The notes under the pieces: model-generated
Seen by the model: only the letters and a program-made list of their open reading frames with translations
The model's database searches: none
Told to the model about the DNA's origin: nothing
Translations under genes and position numbers: made by a program
NCBI RefSeq assembly: GCF_009914755.1
Contig: NC_060931.1
Length of the DNA stretch: 64,000 bases
Strand: one strand, 5' to 3'
Source: the human T2T-CHM13v2.0 reference genome, Homo sapiens
Part shown: positions 13,109-28,429 of the stretch, one piece after another
How the letters are laid out: each line of letters begins with the position of its first letter
How positions within the stretch are numbered: position 1 is the stretch's first letter

Positions 13109-14209
13109 TAACAATATAACTCCCCTATGTAACAATTCCCTTACGACTTCCTCTTGACCTTGGGCAAGGCTCAAAGCCCTTAGCCTAGCTGTTAAGGCAC
13201 TTTGAAACCTGACCTTGAAGGCCCAGGGTACAGGAGAGAGAAGGAACTTGAAGAGGACACACTTGGGCTGAAGTGTACATTTTGAATCATAGAATTTGTG
13301 TTCTAAATCCCGGAAATCAGAACCAGAAATCTTAGGCAGTATCTCAGCTGGATCAATAAAAGAATAGATGAATGAGCATATTACTTCGAGCTATGGAGTT
13401 GCTGAAAAACTAAACCAGATTGTTAAGAGAATAAAACTTGCTTCCCTCTGCAGAGTGAAACTGTAAGTGGAAAGAATGAGGCAGAAATTTTGCTTTTTAT
13501 TACTAGCTCTTCATTACTATCTTTAAAATCATAAATATGTATTACCTTGACAAATTTCTAAAATACGGCACAAAAAGCAAACCGAAAACAGGTTTTTGAG
13601 CATTTTATGATATGTGAGACTCTCAAGTCTTTGTGCCATGTACAACCTTAAATGATTATAAAAGAACCTCAAAAAGCAGCGCAGTGGCAGATGCCACTTC
13701 TCAGATTAGGACACTCAACAACTGGCATAAAGTCCCAGAGTTCAGCAACTGTCCAAGCCCAAAGCTGAGGCAGCTGCACTAGGCCACACTGAATCCTCAT
13801 ATGTGGCCTTTTCCTGGGGCTCTCACACTCATCCTGCCTCCATCACACCCAGCCCCAGACATTCACTGCCACAAGGATGAATCACTCACTACTGTGTCCT
13901 GGGCTGGTAGGACATGGACACTGGGAAACAGGGATGGAAGGAATGCCACCCCCATGTCAGGGGGCCTTAGTTCTCCCTGCACGCCTGGTTCCAGGGCACT
14001 CCCAACCCAGACTCCACCCTGACTTTAGGTGATGTTGCTGTGAATAACTCCATAGCGGGTTTGAACCATTTTCAGATGACTTCCAGCAAGTGTGGCTCCT
14101 ATAAGATAAAGCTCACACTTCCACATGAGTACCATCTGCAGCCCCCAAACACGTATACCCTCATGTGGGAGCAACTCAGGAAAGTGCTGGAGGGATGCAG
14201 CAAATCAGC

Positions 14210-14516
<307 letters not shown>

Positions 14517-15959
14517 ATTTATTAAATAACCTCTATGTGCCAGGCACTGAACCCAATTTTCACCTGCATTAATTCATTTCATCTCACAACAACTTTATTC
14601 ACTAGATTCTTATTACTATTCATAGTTTTACTGGTAAGAAAAGAGAGCCTCAGAGAAACTAAGGAAAATGGCCAGAGTCCCAGAGCCACTTCGTTGGAGG
14701 ATTGGACTTTAATTCTAGATTATTCTAATCTCAAGTTTATTCTACCACGTCAGATGACATCTAAAAAGAGACACTTTGGAAAGATAGGCTCTTCTATACG
14801 GCTCTGGAGAACTGACTGTTCTTTTTTCATTTGAAAACTTGTCTTCCCAAGAGTCGGAGGTTCCCCGTGAATACAGAGAATTCCCTTAGATGTGTGACCC
14901 TTGGTGATCTCTAGCTAAGCACCAATGCACGGGAAAGTGAACTGCCCGAACTCTGATGCCTTGTGTTGGGTTTATGCAACAGAATGCTTTTGTTCTGTAA
15001 TCTGCACTCCCAGGAGAAAAAAAAGACCGAACAAAATCCTGTCTTCTTTAACCTGCAAAAGCCATGACTTGCAGCAGTATTCCATCTACAATATGAGACC
15101 TTGAAATGCAGGCTTTAGAAAAATGTGTTTTCCATTCTTCTTCATAGCCAAGTCATTACAACATGTCCATTCTCTAAATGAGATGAAACAGGAAACTTCC
15201 TGTTGGAAAATTTTCTGCATCCTTGACCCTGCCCCTGGATTTCAGAGTTTACAGAAGGCTAAAGCTGGCGGAAGCCATGAAGATGTCCCATTGCCCCTCT
15301 CACTTCTCACTGGCCTTCATCATTTATGTCTTCATTTGACAGTTTGTGTTGTCTCTGCATTTGTTCATATCCCAGGATATACCGCTACACACCTCCAGGT
15401 ATGTCATCCTAGGAAACAAACGGGCTCAAGCCATTTCCAAACCTTCAACACCCCAAGGCAATTAAAACAAGACAAAACGAAGTCCCTGGTAACTTCTGCA
15501 TGGTACAGGGCCGGTTGTTTCCAGCATGGTTCACAAGCCCTTAACATATGACCACAGTATTGCTACCTTACACACCTCCGCTTTCCCCCTGGCCTCAAAA
15601 TTTTTGGTTCTAACTTCTTGCCCTTCACCAAGTACTGTGTCATTTTTCACGTGCCTAAGTCCTTACATGCGCTCTTTTCTCTGCCTAGATTGTCCTTCCC
15701 CTTATATTGTGCTCAAGAAATAACAAAATGCATGAATGAGTCAGAGCACAGGGTATCTAAGAGCTTCCCCAATAGTTGGCTCCAGGCTTCCTACGTGTGC
15801 CCATTGGAGGCCAACCATACATCATTCTGCAGAACTCACACACTGTGTGCTACTTCCCCTGACTTGCTGTGTCATCCATCCCTGCTGGACCCTGAAGTAC
15901 AGAAGGGCCACCAATCTTTAATCAAACACATATATTGAAATGTGCTCCTGTTTATTAAT

Positions 15960-16370
15960 GGGAGAGCTTTGATTCTGATGATGGGCTCTGACTTGTATCA
16001 GCTGGACGAGCTTAGGCTAGTTGCCTAACAATATCTGCCTTCATGTTCTCCTCTATGAACCAGGAACAATAACACACCTGGCAAAGGGCTGTAGTGAGGA
16101 TTGATATTTGTAAATACTTAGCACTGTCTGTCATAAAGAAACTCTTCCATGAGTGAGTGATCAAAGGGTATGGCCCTGGGGTTAGAGCACAATTGAACTA
16201 ACTGGAGGCCCTACTGCTTAGTGACTGGATAAACTTGTCAAAGTAAACCATTTAAGCCTCAGTTTCCCCACCTATTAAATAGGAGTGAGGTGGTTGCATT
16301 TTCCTTGGGATTATGCATATTAGACACATAGCACTTACAAGGTACTTTGAGTGGAAGCTAACATGCAACA
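15960..16370 (+). mobile_element. Two tandem MIR fragments
   Basis: MIR motifs GGGCTGTAGTGAGGATT...TAAATACTTAGCAC and AAGCCTCAGTTTCCCCACCTATTAAATAGG. Confidence 0.6.
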
Positions 16371-16479
16371 ATAATAGCAGCTGCAGCATGCACCATGCTT
16401 ATCAGCATAGGAGCTGCTCCATGCAGTCTCACTTCAGTCTGTGCTCAGGAATGCTTACTCTTAGTAGCACCAATTCTGC

Positions 16480-16617
16480 TGTCATCACCGTCATTGTCAT
16501 CATTATTCCTTTCCTAATCATCGTCACTGTCATCAGCAGCAGCATCATTATCACCATTGCCATCATCATCTTCATCATCATCGTTGTCATCGTCAACATC
16601 AACATCCTCATCATCAC
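16480..16617. repeat. Degenerate (CAT)n trinucleotide repeat
   Basis: Runs of CATCATCATC/GTCATC. Confidence 0.9.
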
Positions 16618-17079
16618 ACATTCACCCTGACTCCTCAGTCTTCTCATCTTCGTTCCTCACTTCATTACTACACTTTGGTAATGTGTGGTAGGCCCCAGAG
16701 AATCCAGCCTTGGCCCCTCCAGCCGTGATAAGCACAGTTTGAAGGATCCTGGCCACTCTGCACCACAATTTATGACACCATTCCTTCGAATCAGGATAGG
16801 TGGTTGGGCTCGTCACATCTAGCTCACTCTCCTCTAATTCTCCCACAAAATACTAGTCTTATGAGATGCTTTAAAAATTAAAAAATAATACCCTTTGGAC
16901 ATAGTATGAACTATATATTATATCTTTTCCTTGAGATATGTTAATTCCTTTTAGCATATTAAAGGACTGGAGAAATCCCACAGTAAAGAAATATATTTAA
17001 CTAGTTAATCTATTTAACTGAAATAAAACAAATAACCTTTATCATCAATGATTTCCTAAACCGACTATGAACCTTTCCC

Positions 17080-17370
17080 CGTGTTTGTGTACATGTGTGT
17101 AAAATGCAACAAGAAGGGCTGTGTGCATGCTCTCCCCTTTCTATGTAGACATATGTGTGTGTGTGCATATGTGTGGGGTGCTTCATGCCTTTTTTCTCAG
17201 TGTGTGCATGCATGTAATTATGTACTAAGACATACCGAGTGTGTGCCACGTGCTTTCTTTCTGTACATGTGCATGCACATATATATATGTGCTAAGCCAT
17301 GGGAAGGAGGTATTACACGCCTTTTTCGTTCTGTGCAGTCATGTGGGTGTGTGTAAGTGCATGTGTGCTA
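17080..17370. repeat. TG-rich low-complexity tract
   Basis: Dense TGTG/TGCA repeats. Confidence 0.75.
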
Positions 17371-20042
17371 TACTCCATGCCGTTTGCTTTATAACATTTC
17401 TTCCACCCTCACCTCTTTGCCTTCTGTGCTTAGAGTTTCTTTCTTGTTTCAAATGGTTGAATATCAATGTTTCTGTTCTTTCTGACTCTTTCCATCTTTT
17501 TCTTCTATTCTATTAGCAAAAGAAAAGTTACCACAAGGGATGGGAACAAGAAAGATAACATTGTGTGCCAAATTGTTTTCCTGCTCTGTTTTTACTCTGT
17601 GGGCTCATCTGGATGTCAGTTTTGTTGTTGAACTCATAGGGTTAATTACCTTCCCCTGTCCCTCTTATCTCTTTAAAATCTCCTGAAATCTTTCCATTCT
17701 TGGAAAATGCACACACACACATACACGCACTCACTCTTACTCACATACATGTCCTTAGATGTCATGTCCATGGGCCCCAGGTTAAGTGAGATGCTTCACA
17801 AGTACAGCGGCTGCCACATTGGTCCCTGAATCCTCAATGCCAGCACAGGGCCAGGCAGACAGTAGGTGAATGTGGAATGAATATGTGAATTAATCAGGAG
17901 GGCCAGTGGGGGTCCATTTATCTTTAAGATCATGTGTTGTGTTACTTGGTCAGCAACATGTTTAGGTGGAAAAAGTTAATCTGCTTCAGGTTTCTTGAAA
18001 CATCCAGGAATACTTTCCCTCAGTCTCTTTTAAAAATGTTTGTTATTATTCACATAAATTCATCCTGCTTCTTTTAATAATTCAGGCTTCTACCACCTAA
18101 GGTCAGTATGTACAGTTGCATAGGCTGTGCACTGTTTTTGTTCAGGGTGTCTGGCCAAAGAGAGGAGAGAGAGCTAAAATTCAAGCTTCTTTGCTGGGGC
18201 AGGGTAGGTCTGCCTTGAGGAGGAAGCACCTGCCTGCAGTGCTGTGCTTCCCCAGGGGGATGCTTGCTGTAATCTGCACAAAGAAGCAGCGTGGATTCGC
18301 CGTGAGCCGCCTACAGGTTACGTAAATCCCTGGGCTACCGTTCTCCAAACTCTAGGTCAAGTTGAGGAAGATGGACACATGCCACCTTTTCATTATGACT
18401 TGCTGCGTAGATCAGAATGGGAAAATATTCTGGAAAGAACATCAGCAACAGACACTAGATTTAAGTAGACTATTTCAATCTCCTTTGGTGCTTTCCTACC
18501 TGAGCACAGAGTGGGTGAGATGTGGATTTGTGTTGAGGACAGAGAGCCTGAGAGCAATGAAAAGGAAATCAGGAACAGAGGCTGAGCCAGCCACGGGTGG
18601 CCCCAGGGGACATCATCATGAACATGAAGCTTTCTGGAAGGCTAGAAGTCGCACTCAGTGGGTGTTTGGGTCTTTATTGCACATCTGTAGTTCCAACCCT
18701 TTTCCCTCCCAGGAACTCATGGTGTCCTGTAGTTCTTGTTTACTTTTTCCAAGTGAGAAATCATTCTGCCTTTCTGCCTGCTAACTCCTTTCCTGATGTG
18801 AAAGCTCTTTCCCCAATATCAGATTCTCGCTGGCCTTTGTCTTAAAGCAGCCACCATGGAGAACAGGTAGGAACTCGGCTCCCATTCACATGGCCCCTAG
18901 CCTCAAAGAAGTAAATTATATCTGTGGGAATCCCTGCTCAGGAGCCCTGCTGACCACACATCTCGCATCTCAGGGCTCTGTTGTGGAAAGGTCCCTCGCA
19001 GGCATGACCCACCAAGAATGTTGCCTTTGTTAATTACACCAGTTAACATTGTTAAATGTTTACCATGCCCCAGGCATTGAAATGGGCATTTTACCTTCAT
19101 TCTTTCATTTGTCACCACAACCCTCTCAGAAGTTACTTAGCATCAGTCTACCTCAGCTTTCTCTTTTATAAAAGAAGAAAACAACACCTGTATTGTGTGG
19201 CAAGATTGCTATGATAATAAGAACACCACATTAAAAATACCCAGCAGGGCACCTGGGGTGCACCCAGCTCTCAGCGAGCTGTAGGAACTTCTTTGCTATG
19301 ACTGGGGCCCTCTGTAAAGTCACATAAGAACAAAATGCAGACATCTGGGCTATATTCAAACAACAGCAAAAGATTGTTCAACATTGGAAGAGCTGGGTTT
19401 AGGTGATTTTTTGATATTTTCCTCTTGTGGCCAAATCATATTTGCTGGGTTAATTTTCAAAACTTAGAACAAATTGTCATCTAGTAACTTTTAATGATCT
19501 CAGCTTGAGTGTGTTTCCTGCTGTTAGTTCACTCGGAATGTTCTGGGCTGTGTATCAAATGCATTCTCATTGTGTGGCTGCCAGAGAGGAAAAATGCCCA
19601 TTGTCTTGGCTGTGGCTATTTTTATTTAAATTGCAGTCCAACTTTTAGAAAGTCTTAAGGGTCATAAATGTGAAATGGTGGACAAAGTGCTTTTGAAAAA
19701 AAATACATTGTTTTTATTTAAAACAAAAAGTAATGCATGCTCATAAGAGCAAATTTAGGAGACACATAGTATAAAAGAAAAAAAATTAGTTCCATATAGG
19801 CCTTTTTCTAAACACAACCACTATTAACTTTTTGTTGAGTTTTTTAATGCAGTTGTATAGACAGATATATAGATAGACAACCGATATACAAACAGATTAG
19901 ATATATATATATATGTGCATGGGTATATGCATATAAATGACAATATATCTCTGGGTAGCTAGTTAGTTATAAATTACTTGCTATGTATAACTGGGGATAT
20001 GCATATACGTGTGTTGTCAGTGTCATCTGTGTATATATGCTC

Positions 20043-20785
20043 CTTACAGAAGGTAGTTAGGCATGAGAAGGGCAGGAGAGGCCCCCCACCACCACCCACC
20101 AGGAATGTCAGGTGATAGGCGGTTGTTAAACTATCTTTCTAAAATCATAATTGGCCGAAGCCAATGCTCTGTGGTTGTTAAAACTGTTTCTCTAAAATAA
20201 CAATTGGTCGAAGCCAATGCCAGGGAAAGGCAGTCTCCTAATAGATAGAAAACACCTGAAACAGGTGATCAGCAGCTTCCCGATAAGATCTCAGGAGTTG
20301 GGCGAGCGTGCTCAAGCATGTGCATTAAGAGGCAGAATGGCAGACTTTAACTGGAATATGACCTTCCTCTGGGAACTCTCGACTGGTGAGGGAAAGACGC
20401 CTCAAGTGAGCATGTGCATAACTTCAGTAAACACACTGCACATGCGCCCCCTCCCAAGTGCTGGCAGGCCACTGCACGTGCAGACAGTCCACGCAGGGGA
20501 AGAATCAGGGGAGAAGTAATGCAACCCCAGAAGAATTGCTAACATATAAGACCCCAAGTCAAAGGTCAAACCATGCTTTTAAATCTCTCAAGTCATCCAC
20601 TTGGCCCTCTTCCAAGGGTACTTCCTTCCGTTCCAGCTCTAAAACTTTTTAGTAAACTTTCACTCTTGCTCTAAAACTTGCCTGGGTCTCTAACTCTGCC
20701 TTATGCCCCTTAAGTTGAATTCTTTTTTCTGAGGAGGCAAGAATTGAGATTGCTGCAGACTCATACAGATTCGCAACTGCTAACA
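20043..20785 (+). mobile_element. MER50 solo LTR (ERV1)
   Basis: GGTAGTTAGGCATGAG...GGGCAGGAGAGGCCCCCC...GGGAAAGGCAGTCTCC...GGTGATCAGCAGCTTCCCGATAAGATCTCAGGAGTTGGGCGAG, ending GCTAACA. Confidence 0.88.
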
Positions 20786-23714
20786 TGCACACACACACAA
20801 ATATAAATAATATAAATGACTGGATGTTTGGAGATAGAGACGTAGAGCTAGATGTGTTGAATTACCTTATGAACCTATGTTTTTAAACCTAAAGTTCTAG
20901 CAAAAGCATTATTTTATATATTATAATGCTTTTCACGATTGTCATTTCAACATCTGCAATAATAAATGCAATACCCAAAATAATAATATTTCATAGTTTG
21001 GAAAAATCACAATTCCAATGACACCTTTTTCTACAATTGGAACTTGAAGTATTTCTCTGGCCAATATTTCTTTAAAGTGCAGAAATAACATCTCTTGCAC
21101 AAAGGTTTTTAAACTATTTCTTCTTTAGTACCTAAGTTGCTGGATGAAAGAACATGGTCACTTTGGGGGATCCTAGATACATCATAATAAACACTGATTA
21201 ATCATTGATTTCATTGTTTCTAATATTGTTTGACTATTCTCGTCAGTACACTGACACTTCATTTCCTGCATTCTCCCAAATGCAATTCCTATAATTTTCA
21301 AATGAGAATGCTTTTGTGTTTACAATATTAATATATATTCAGTAGGTTTTAAATGCATTAAAGTAGAGTCAAGCAGTCGAGAAAGATTTACTGATAATCT
21401 ATGTCATGCAAGCCACTTTGCACCTTAAGAAAGAATTCAAGGAGGTGTTGCAGACATACCTCTTCCACTCAAGATTACGGTCTTGTGAGAAGTTTGCCAC
21501 ATAGCCATACCCCATGACGGAAGGGCATTCACAGTACTTACCAGCATCACAGTCTCTTCAAGTTTTCAGAGTCAGAGAATATTCCCTGAAAGACCCCAAA
21601 CCCAAATGGTGGGTTTTCAAAGACTGGAGAATGTGACAAGAAAAATTGCCTACAGAAGTTCATGGAGAGCGACCATGAACTTCATGAGGAGTGACCTCAT
21701 GAGCTGAGGATTGACAGGAAGGTTTAAACAGCAATGGATGAGGACAGGTGGCCGAGGGATCAGCACACCCAGGAAGGGTGTAGACTCTATCATTTGGGCT
21801 GCAGGGAAGGATGGGGAGCAGCATCTTGAGGGGCTTCCTGAGGGTACTGGGAGCCTGAGAACTTCTGTGGGGCTGCGATGTCAGGGGACTGTCAGAGCAG
21901 GAGCTACAGAACAGGCTTTAGCTCAAAGAGCACCACTGGTCATAGTCCACAAGTCCCCAGTTAGGAACATGGAGGGAGGAACCAGTGTGGTAAGTGACAC
22001 ATCCAGGACAGGAGGAAAGAGAAGGCTAGAGAGGCAAAGTGTAGAGCACAAGGGAGTTGAGCTTCCCTGGGCCACAGCATGAGGAGGCATCCAGCATGGG
22101 TCCCAACATGGACATGCCAGAACACAGTCCACCGGCAGATGATCTGGTGAGTTTCCTGAAGTGATTTTCCCTCACAGACTTAACTACAGGGTATTTAAGA
22201 ACTCACAGAAACTCTTGGCCTCCTGCTTCCCTGTTACCAGCTGAGCCCTGAATCACTGGGCTCATGAACCTGCTTGGTCAGAATCACATCTGGGTGATGC
22301 AGAACAGCAGTCCCCAACCCGGAAAATTAGACCTTAGCCTCTTTAGTCACTGCATTGCAAGCCATCCTACAGGCCACCCCTGTTTGTCCAGAACGAGCAG
22401 GTCCCTGGTGTGGAGGACTTGGAGGACTGACCTGTCCTGAGCACCATTACCAGGATGAGGTGGCTGTATCCCCAGTTTCTCATCTAGGTAAATGGACTAT
22501 GGGACTTACTATACAGGGTTATGGTGAGCATTAAAGCATAGAAGGTTTGAAGTGGCTCAGAGTGGAGCTAAATGGAAGTCCATTCCTTTCTTTATCTTTC
22601 ACAGAAATCTGTTGTTATTTTAGTCATAGCAGCAAGGAATAAAAGCATCTTTTTTCCCACCCTGTCTGGGAAGAAAAATTAAATGTGGCTGAAGAAAAGA
22701 GGCCAAGAGTGGATAACTAAAATGATTGTCACAGTTACTTCTTTCCTGAGCAATTCTCCTAGTTCTGCTTAGGAAGTTAATTGTATCCCAACCACCTAAA
22801 AACCTCTTGCATATTCAAGTTGCAACAAGGTTGCTGTAAGCAACATGTTTTTTGAGACTGTCAAGTGTGTGACCCATTGGCCACTAGGATTCTCAAAGAG
22901 CTTGTTGGAGACACCAGAGGGATGGCAGGAGAGGCTGCTGCAATCTACATCTGAGTGCATAGAAGAGTTCAGTAGAGTCACTCCCTAACTGCAACAAGGA
23001 AACCAGAGAGCATGCATTATTCGTGGGAGAATATGAATACAGTTGTAGGAGGAGTCACAGCAATGTAAAATATTTGTGAATGATAAAGGAGTCACTTTGA
23101 GTTATTCCCAGGACAAAGCAAGTTTTCTTCCTATCCAAATCCTGTCAGATGTGCCCCATCCTCTGGTGTTGGTGCCCGCCTGGACCTAAGGTGCATTACG
23201 CTGATGCCACCTGTGCACTTTCTTCTTCACTGGACCTACGGTAGAAAGGCTGTGCTTGTCCACTGATGTGCCCTCCAGGCCACGCACCCTGCACTCTTCC
23301 AAAGACGGGTCCCATGAATCTTTGTTGAGAGAAGGAGCAAACAGATAGCCTGGCAATACATCCTGAGTCTCTTTCTCTGCTGCACAGAAAAGTTGGGGAG
23401 TCAAGGAGGAAAGGGGAAATGTACTAGGCATTTCATAGACTATATGAGAGAGGAGGTGGGTGTCTGCAAGACACAAGGATGTAGCCTTTAGCAAATCAGA
23501 GAAGGAAGAGCTAAAGATATAGACTCTTCTATGAGCAATGATGGAGAAGTTGAGATTATGCTATAGGTAAGAAATTAATCTGTCCAGTGGGAACCACTAT
23601 ACTCCTGCCTGGAATGCTCCATACAAGCAGACCTGGTGAGATACAAAAGAAAAAAATAATAACATAGAGAATCTGCAAAGAAACACCAAAGCAAATATAT
23701 CTGTTCCTCTTGTA

Positions 23715-23900
23715 GGTACACATGTATGCACACACACATACTCACGAACATACATGCATACAAACACACATAAAAACATACCCACAAACATGCACAAAAA
23801 TATACAGAAATTCAAAAACACAGGCATACACGTACACACTCACATATGCACATATCTGTGAACACACACATGTGCATGCATACATACATATACAAATATA
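23715..23900. repeat. CA/TACA-rich low-complexity tract
   Basis: Dense ACAC/ATAC/ATGC repeats. Confidence 0.75.
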
Positions 23901-25214
23901 TGGTTTATCCTACAGTTTGCCTTCTGTTCTTTTCAGCTAATTTTTTTATTGTTGTTTAAGAAAAACAAAGGGTAAACAACAAATACTAATTTAATTTAAA
24001 ACACTTAGAAGTGTTACGAAGAAAAAGGACCCTAGTTTGGGGCACCAAGTGAAAGGTAGGAAAAGTTCACTGTTTCCCTGAGTGGGAAGACCAGGTGAGC
24101 TGCCTCACTCACAGTCAGGCCTGCGGATGTCCTCTTCTATTAAAAGGGTCAAGATAATTGTTGTTACTTAGCAATAAGCCAGGGATGATCATGTTAATGG
24201 ATTTGCACTTTCAAGTCTTTCACTGTGGTCTGTGGTTTAACTCCTAGGCCAGGACCAGCGGTGGCTGTGACTTAGCAAGGGCCTCTGATGCAGAAGACAG
24301 CACCAGCTGGCTCCATTAGACCTTAGACCACCTGCCAGCCATGTTTCTGTGCAGCAAACGTTCAGTTGTTATGTGGAATTAGTTTTGCTTTTTTCACTTG
24401 GCTGTTGTGAACATCAAGTAAGATCATCCACAAAATGGTCCAATAAAACATAATGATGCTGAACAATCATTTTGAACAATGTATGCATATTTGATGCATC
24501 AACATGCATTGGCCAGGTATGTGTAAAGTGCTGTGTCACTTATTTTTAAATGAATAATCACAAAAAGAAAACTTCTGGAATAAAATATCATGATACAAAA
24601 TAAATATCTAGAACAAAATATGGGATAGGATAAAGTCTGCTTTATCATCAAATGTCCAATTTCTTGGGAAAATGAGAGACAGAAAGCCTGCAGCCAGGGC
24701 AGGATGTCACATGTATAATTAGTGCTCGGCCCAAGTTCCAGAGCCTCTGCCCTTTGACACAGGGGCCAGTGCTCTCTTGAGCGACTCTCCAGCTTTCTGC
24801 TTCCCAGAAACAAGCCTGGGAGGCAGAAGCAGATACAGAAGGTCACAGAAGAACATATGAGAAAGTAAACACAGCGAGATTCTCTGCCAGGCCCTGGCAG
24901 CCGGACTTGCAGCCTTCTTGGCTCCAAGGGATTAATTCTGAAGGGCAGGGGGAAGGAGGAGAGTAGACTGCATAAAATCACATTATCTCTGTCCCTTTTC
25001 CTTCAATTCCTGTGAGGAATAAACCTCAATTATATATTACAAGTAGGGCATCGTATTATCTAAGTGGATGCAATGGTGCAGCATTTACTAGGGCTTCTGT
25101 TTATCCATGCACCATGACACAGGGCCCTGACATGCCAGAGCCCTCGAAGTGCTTGCTGATTGTTAGTAGGATAGAAAATGGAATCCAGGCAGACACAGCT
25201 TCCGAGCACAGCTC

Positions 25215-25395
25215 TGACTTCTGCACCCAAGTTTGGATTCTGAATTCCACCTCGTACTTGGTGCCTGAGATTACTTCACCTTCTCAAGCCTGTTTCCTCA
25301 CTTGCAAAATGAGGATGGTAACCGCAGTGCCCTGGGGATTAAATAAGATAATACAGGAAAACGCCTTAACCCCTGTAGCACTCAGTGTATGAGCT
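25215..25395 (+). mobile_element. MIR SINE
   Basis: CTCAAGCCTGTTTCCTCACTTGCAAAATGAGGATGGTAA...GGATTAAATAAGATAATA. Confidence 0.7.
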
Positions 25396-27269
25396 GTCAC
25401 TCTTGTGACTCCATGCTGTCTGCCTAGGAAAAATGCAGAGCTGGCTGGAAAACACCGATTATCAGAGAAACCAAATGCAATTTCTAAACACAGGGGCCAG
25501 TGCAAGGTTGAGTTTAGGAGTCATAGAAACAGAGGGTTAGGCTGAGGAAGTCATGGACAGAGAGAGAGAATTTTGCATGCATTTGAGAACATGTAAGTTT
25601 CTGGGGCTGGAGGAAAATCTTCCCTACCTTTAACCCATTTTCAATCGTACTTGATCATTGAAAGTAATCCCATTACAGAAAATGGTTGTTAAGATGCTTA
25701 TAATCAATCAGAAAGAAAACTATATACCAAAACTTGGGGTAGATGACACCCTACCCTGCTAACTGGTAAAGTTTCAGCTAATTTGGAGTGAGGAGGAAGA
25801 AAGTTGCAATGAAAAAAACAGGGAACCCAAACGCTCTTGCTGATGAAAGAGCCTCAGTCATTGACTGCAGCACATCAAAGAGCACAAGATGGGTTCTGCA
25901 TCTTTGTCTCCCATTTTGTTTTGTGCTGATTTCTCACAGGGCCTGTGTCTGACAAGTTTTGCACACTTAGCTGACAAAGGGGAAGGCCAGTCAGAGCCAA
26001 GAATTTTGGGCAAAAATAGGCATAATAATGAGACGGACACCTCAAGTCCTTCCAGGTATCAAGAAAAGTATCAAATCCATTTTAAAATATATTTTCAGAC
26101 AGATAAAATATTAAGTCCAGATGTGGAAGCTGCAGTAGAGGGTGCAAGGAGCTGAGGCAGGGCAGGCTGATTACAGGTCAGGAAAACATGATTTCTTGCT
26201 TCATTTTTATGCCCTTGTTTAAAAAAAAAAGAAAAAGAAAGCAGGGTCTCAAGTCTTGTGAAATCAGCCATCCTACTCAAGGAATACACAGCTACTGGGT
26301 GCTTTTGCCATTTGCAGAATGGTACACATATGCGCTGATAATATTTTATTTTTAAATATCAATAAACTAAATGTTGAATATTCTTACAATAATTCTGTAA
26401 GAAAGGTGATTCTCAAGACGTGAAATAAATGAGGAGCTGAGGCTCACAGGTTGTGTGACCTTTCTGGAGTCTCAAAAAGAGCCAGGATCTGGCAGGGAAG
26501 GAGGCTCTGCAGCCAGAATCCTTGAGAAGCACAAAGTATGAACTTGGCGTCAGAGGCTGAGTGGGAACATGGGCAGGAGCTGTGGGCTGGGCAGAAGAGG
26601 CAGTCACACTGGAAAGGCTGGATCGCGAGAGCACACTGCCACACGGGGACCAGGCAGGAGGAGCCGCTGCACCTAGCTCACCTGCTTCACGCTCAGCACC
26701 AGGACTTGTCCCGGAGGGGCCAACCCCCAGCAGAAACACTCAAGTGCCCTTTACGAAAAACATCAGAAGGGGCTAATCTCCCATGAAGGCAATTTGCAAA
26801 CAAACAAACAAGCAAACAAACAAAAACAAGGTTTCAAAATATACTCAGAGACCATCGGTAAGATTATCTCTGCTGCACAGCTAAATAATTTCTTACTGTT
26901 TCTCCTGTCTCAGCCTGTGTGCCTCCAGAGATAGCTATAGAGTCTTGGCTGAGCTAAGACTGAACTGATAGGAGCTTGCTGCCAAAAAATTAATAAAATA
27001 CTTACACTCATCCCACAGGGGAACCTCAACAAGGAAGGTTAGGCAAATGATTTATTTGGCTTTCTGGACTGAGCCCCAGGAAAGCACATAAAAATGCTAA
27101 TTAGAAGCTGAGAGAACATAATGAGTTCTTGAGAAACCAGGAAGGTGTCACCCTGCTTAGGCAAGACTTAGCTCTAAACCATCAGAGGCAAAAAATGACC
27201 CTTCTTTTTAAAAAGGACCCAGAGAAAGGGATTCCGCAGGTACCTCTTGGTGCCTCGTCATTGTATACA

Positions 27270-27405
27270 TTTATAGTACAAGCGTTATTTTGTTACATGC
27301 AAATACTGTGTAGTGGTCAAGTCGTGGCTTTTAGGGCATCCATCATCTGAACAACATACATTGTACCCACTGAGTCATTTCTCAACACCCATTCCCCACC
27401 CCCTC
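27270..27405 (-). mobile_element. L1 (L1PB/L1MA-type) 3' end fragment
   Basis: TTTTGTTACATGCA...GTAGTGGTCAAGTC.TGGCTTTTAGGGCATCCATCATCTGAACAACATACATTGTACCCA. Confidence 0.7.
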
Positions 27406-27428
27406 AATACCTGGCTTTTTTCGGCTAA

Positions 27429-27776
<348 letters not shown>

Positions 27777-28429
27777 CATCTCTTTCTTGTATGTAACCTT
27801 TCTCTTGTATGTAACCCTCATATCAGTTTCTTTCTGTTTCTTTTACAGACTGAAACACCCCACAGGATGAAGGATGGAAGAGCAGGATAAAGTTGTGTTA
27901 GGAAACAAGACACAGCCAGGACAGAGCAGTGATAACAGCTCCCCCATGTCTGGTCAAAGCTAGGAGTAACATGAAACCATTCAGAAGCCCATGTGAGGGC
28001 AAGGTCACCAAATTCATGTGACCACTGGAAGAAAGGTGAGGTCTTCTTCATCACAGGGAATGCATGGGCTGGGCTATTGGAGGCTGAAGGATGTCTCAAG
28101 TGCCCAGCTGACACACTTGCTGGAGCTGTGGGAGCCCAAAGACGTGGCAATTGTGCGTCTGTAGAAATCTGCTCAAACTCCCTTTGGCTTCCTGGCCAGG
28201 GTCCCTGCCCTCCCTCCTGTCCCAGACATCCAGTGCCTTCCTTGATCCTCCCCACAGCTTCATTCCCTGACTCTCAGAGTTGCTCCCACCAGGATACTGT
28301 ACTCATGCCTGACTCTCAAACTTATTTCTACCTTTGGGCTCTTCAGTGTTACAGATTCTTTCAGACACATTTTAGCGCTAACTGCCTATATTTGACACAA
28401 TGTATGAAAAAGAAGTTTTATTAACTGCA

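Noticed and set aside
16313-16647. Hydrophobic Ile-rich and Met-rich ORFs resembling membrane proteins
   Set aside because: Translations of a (CAT)n repeat.
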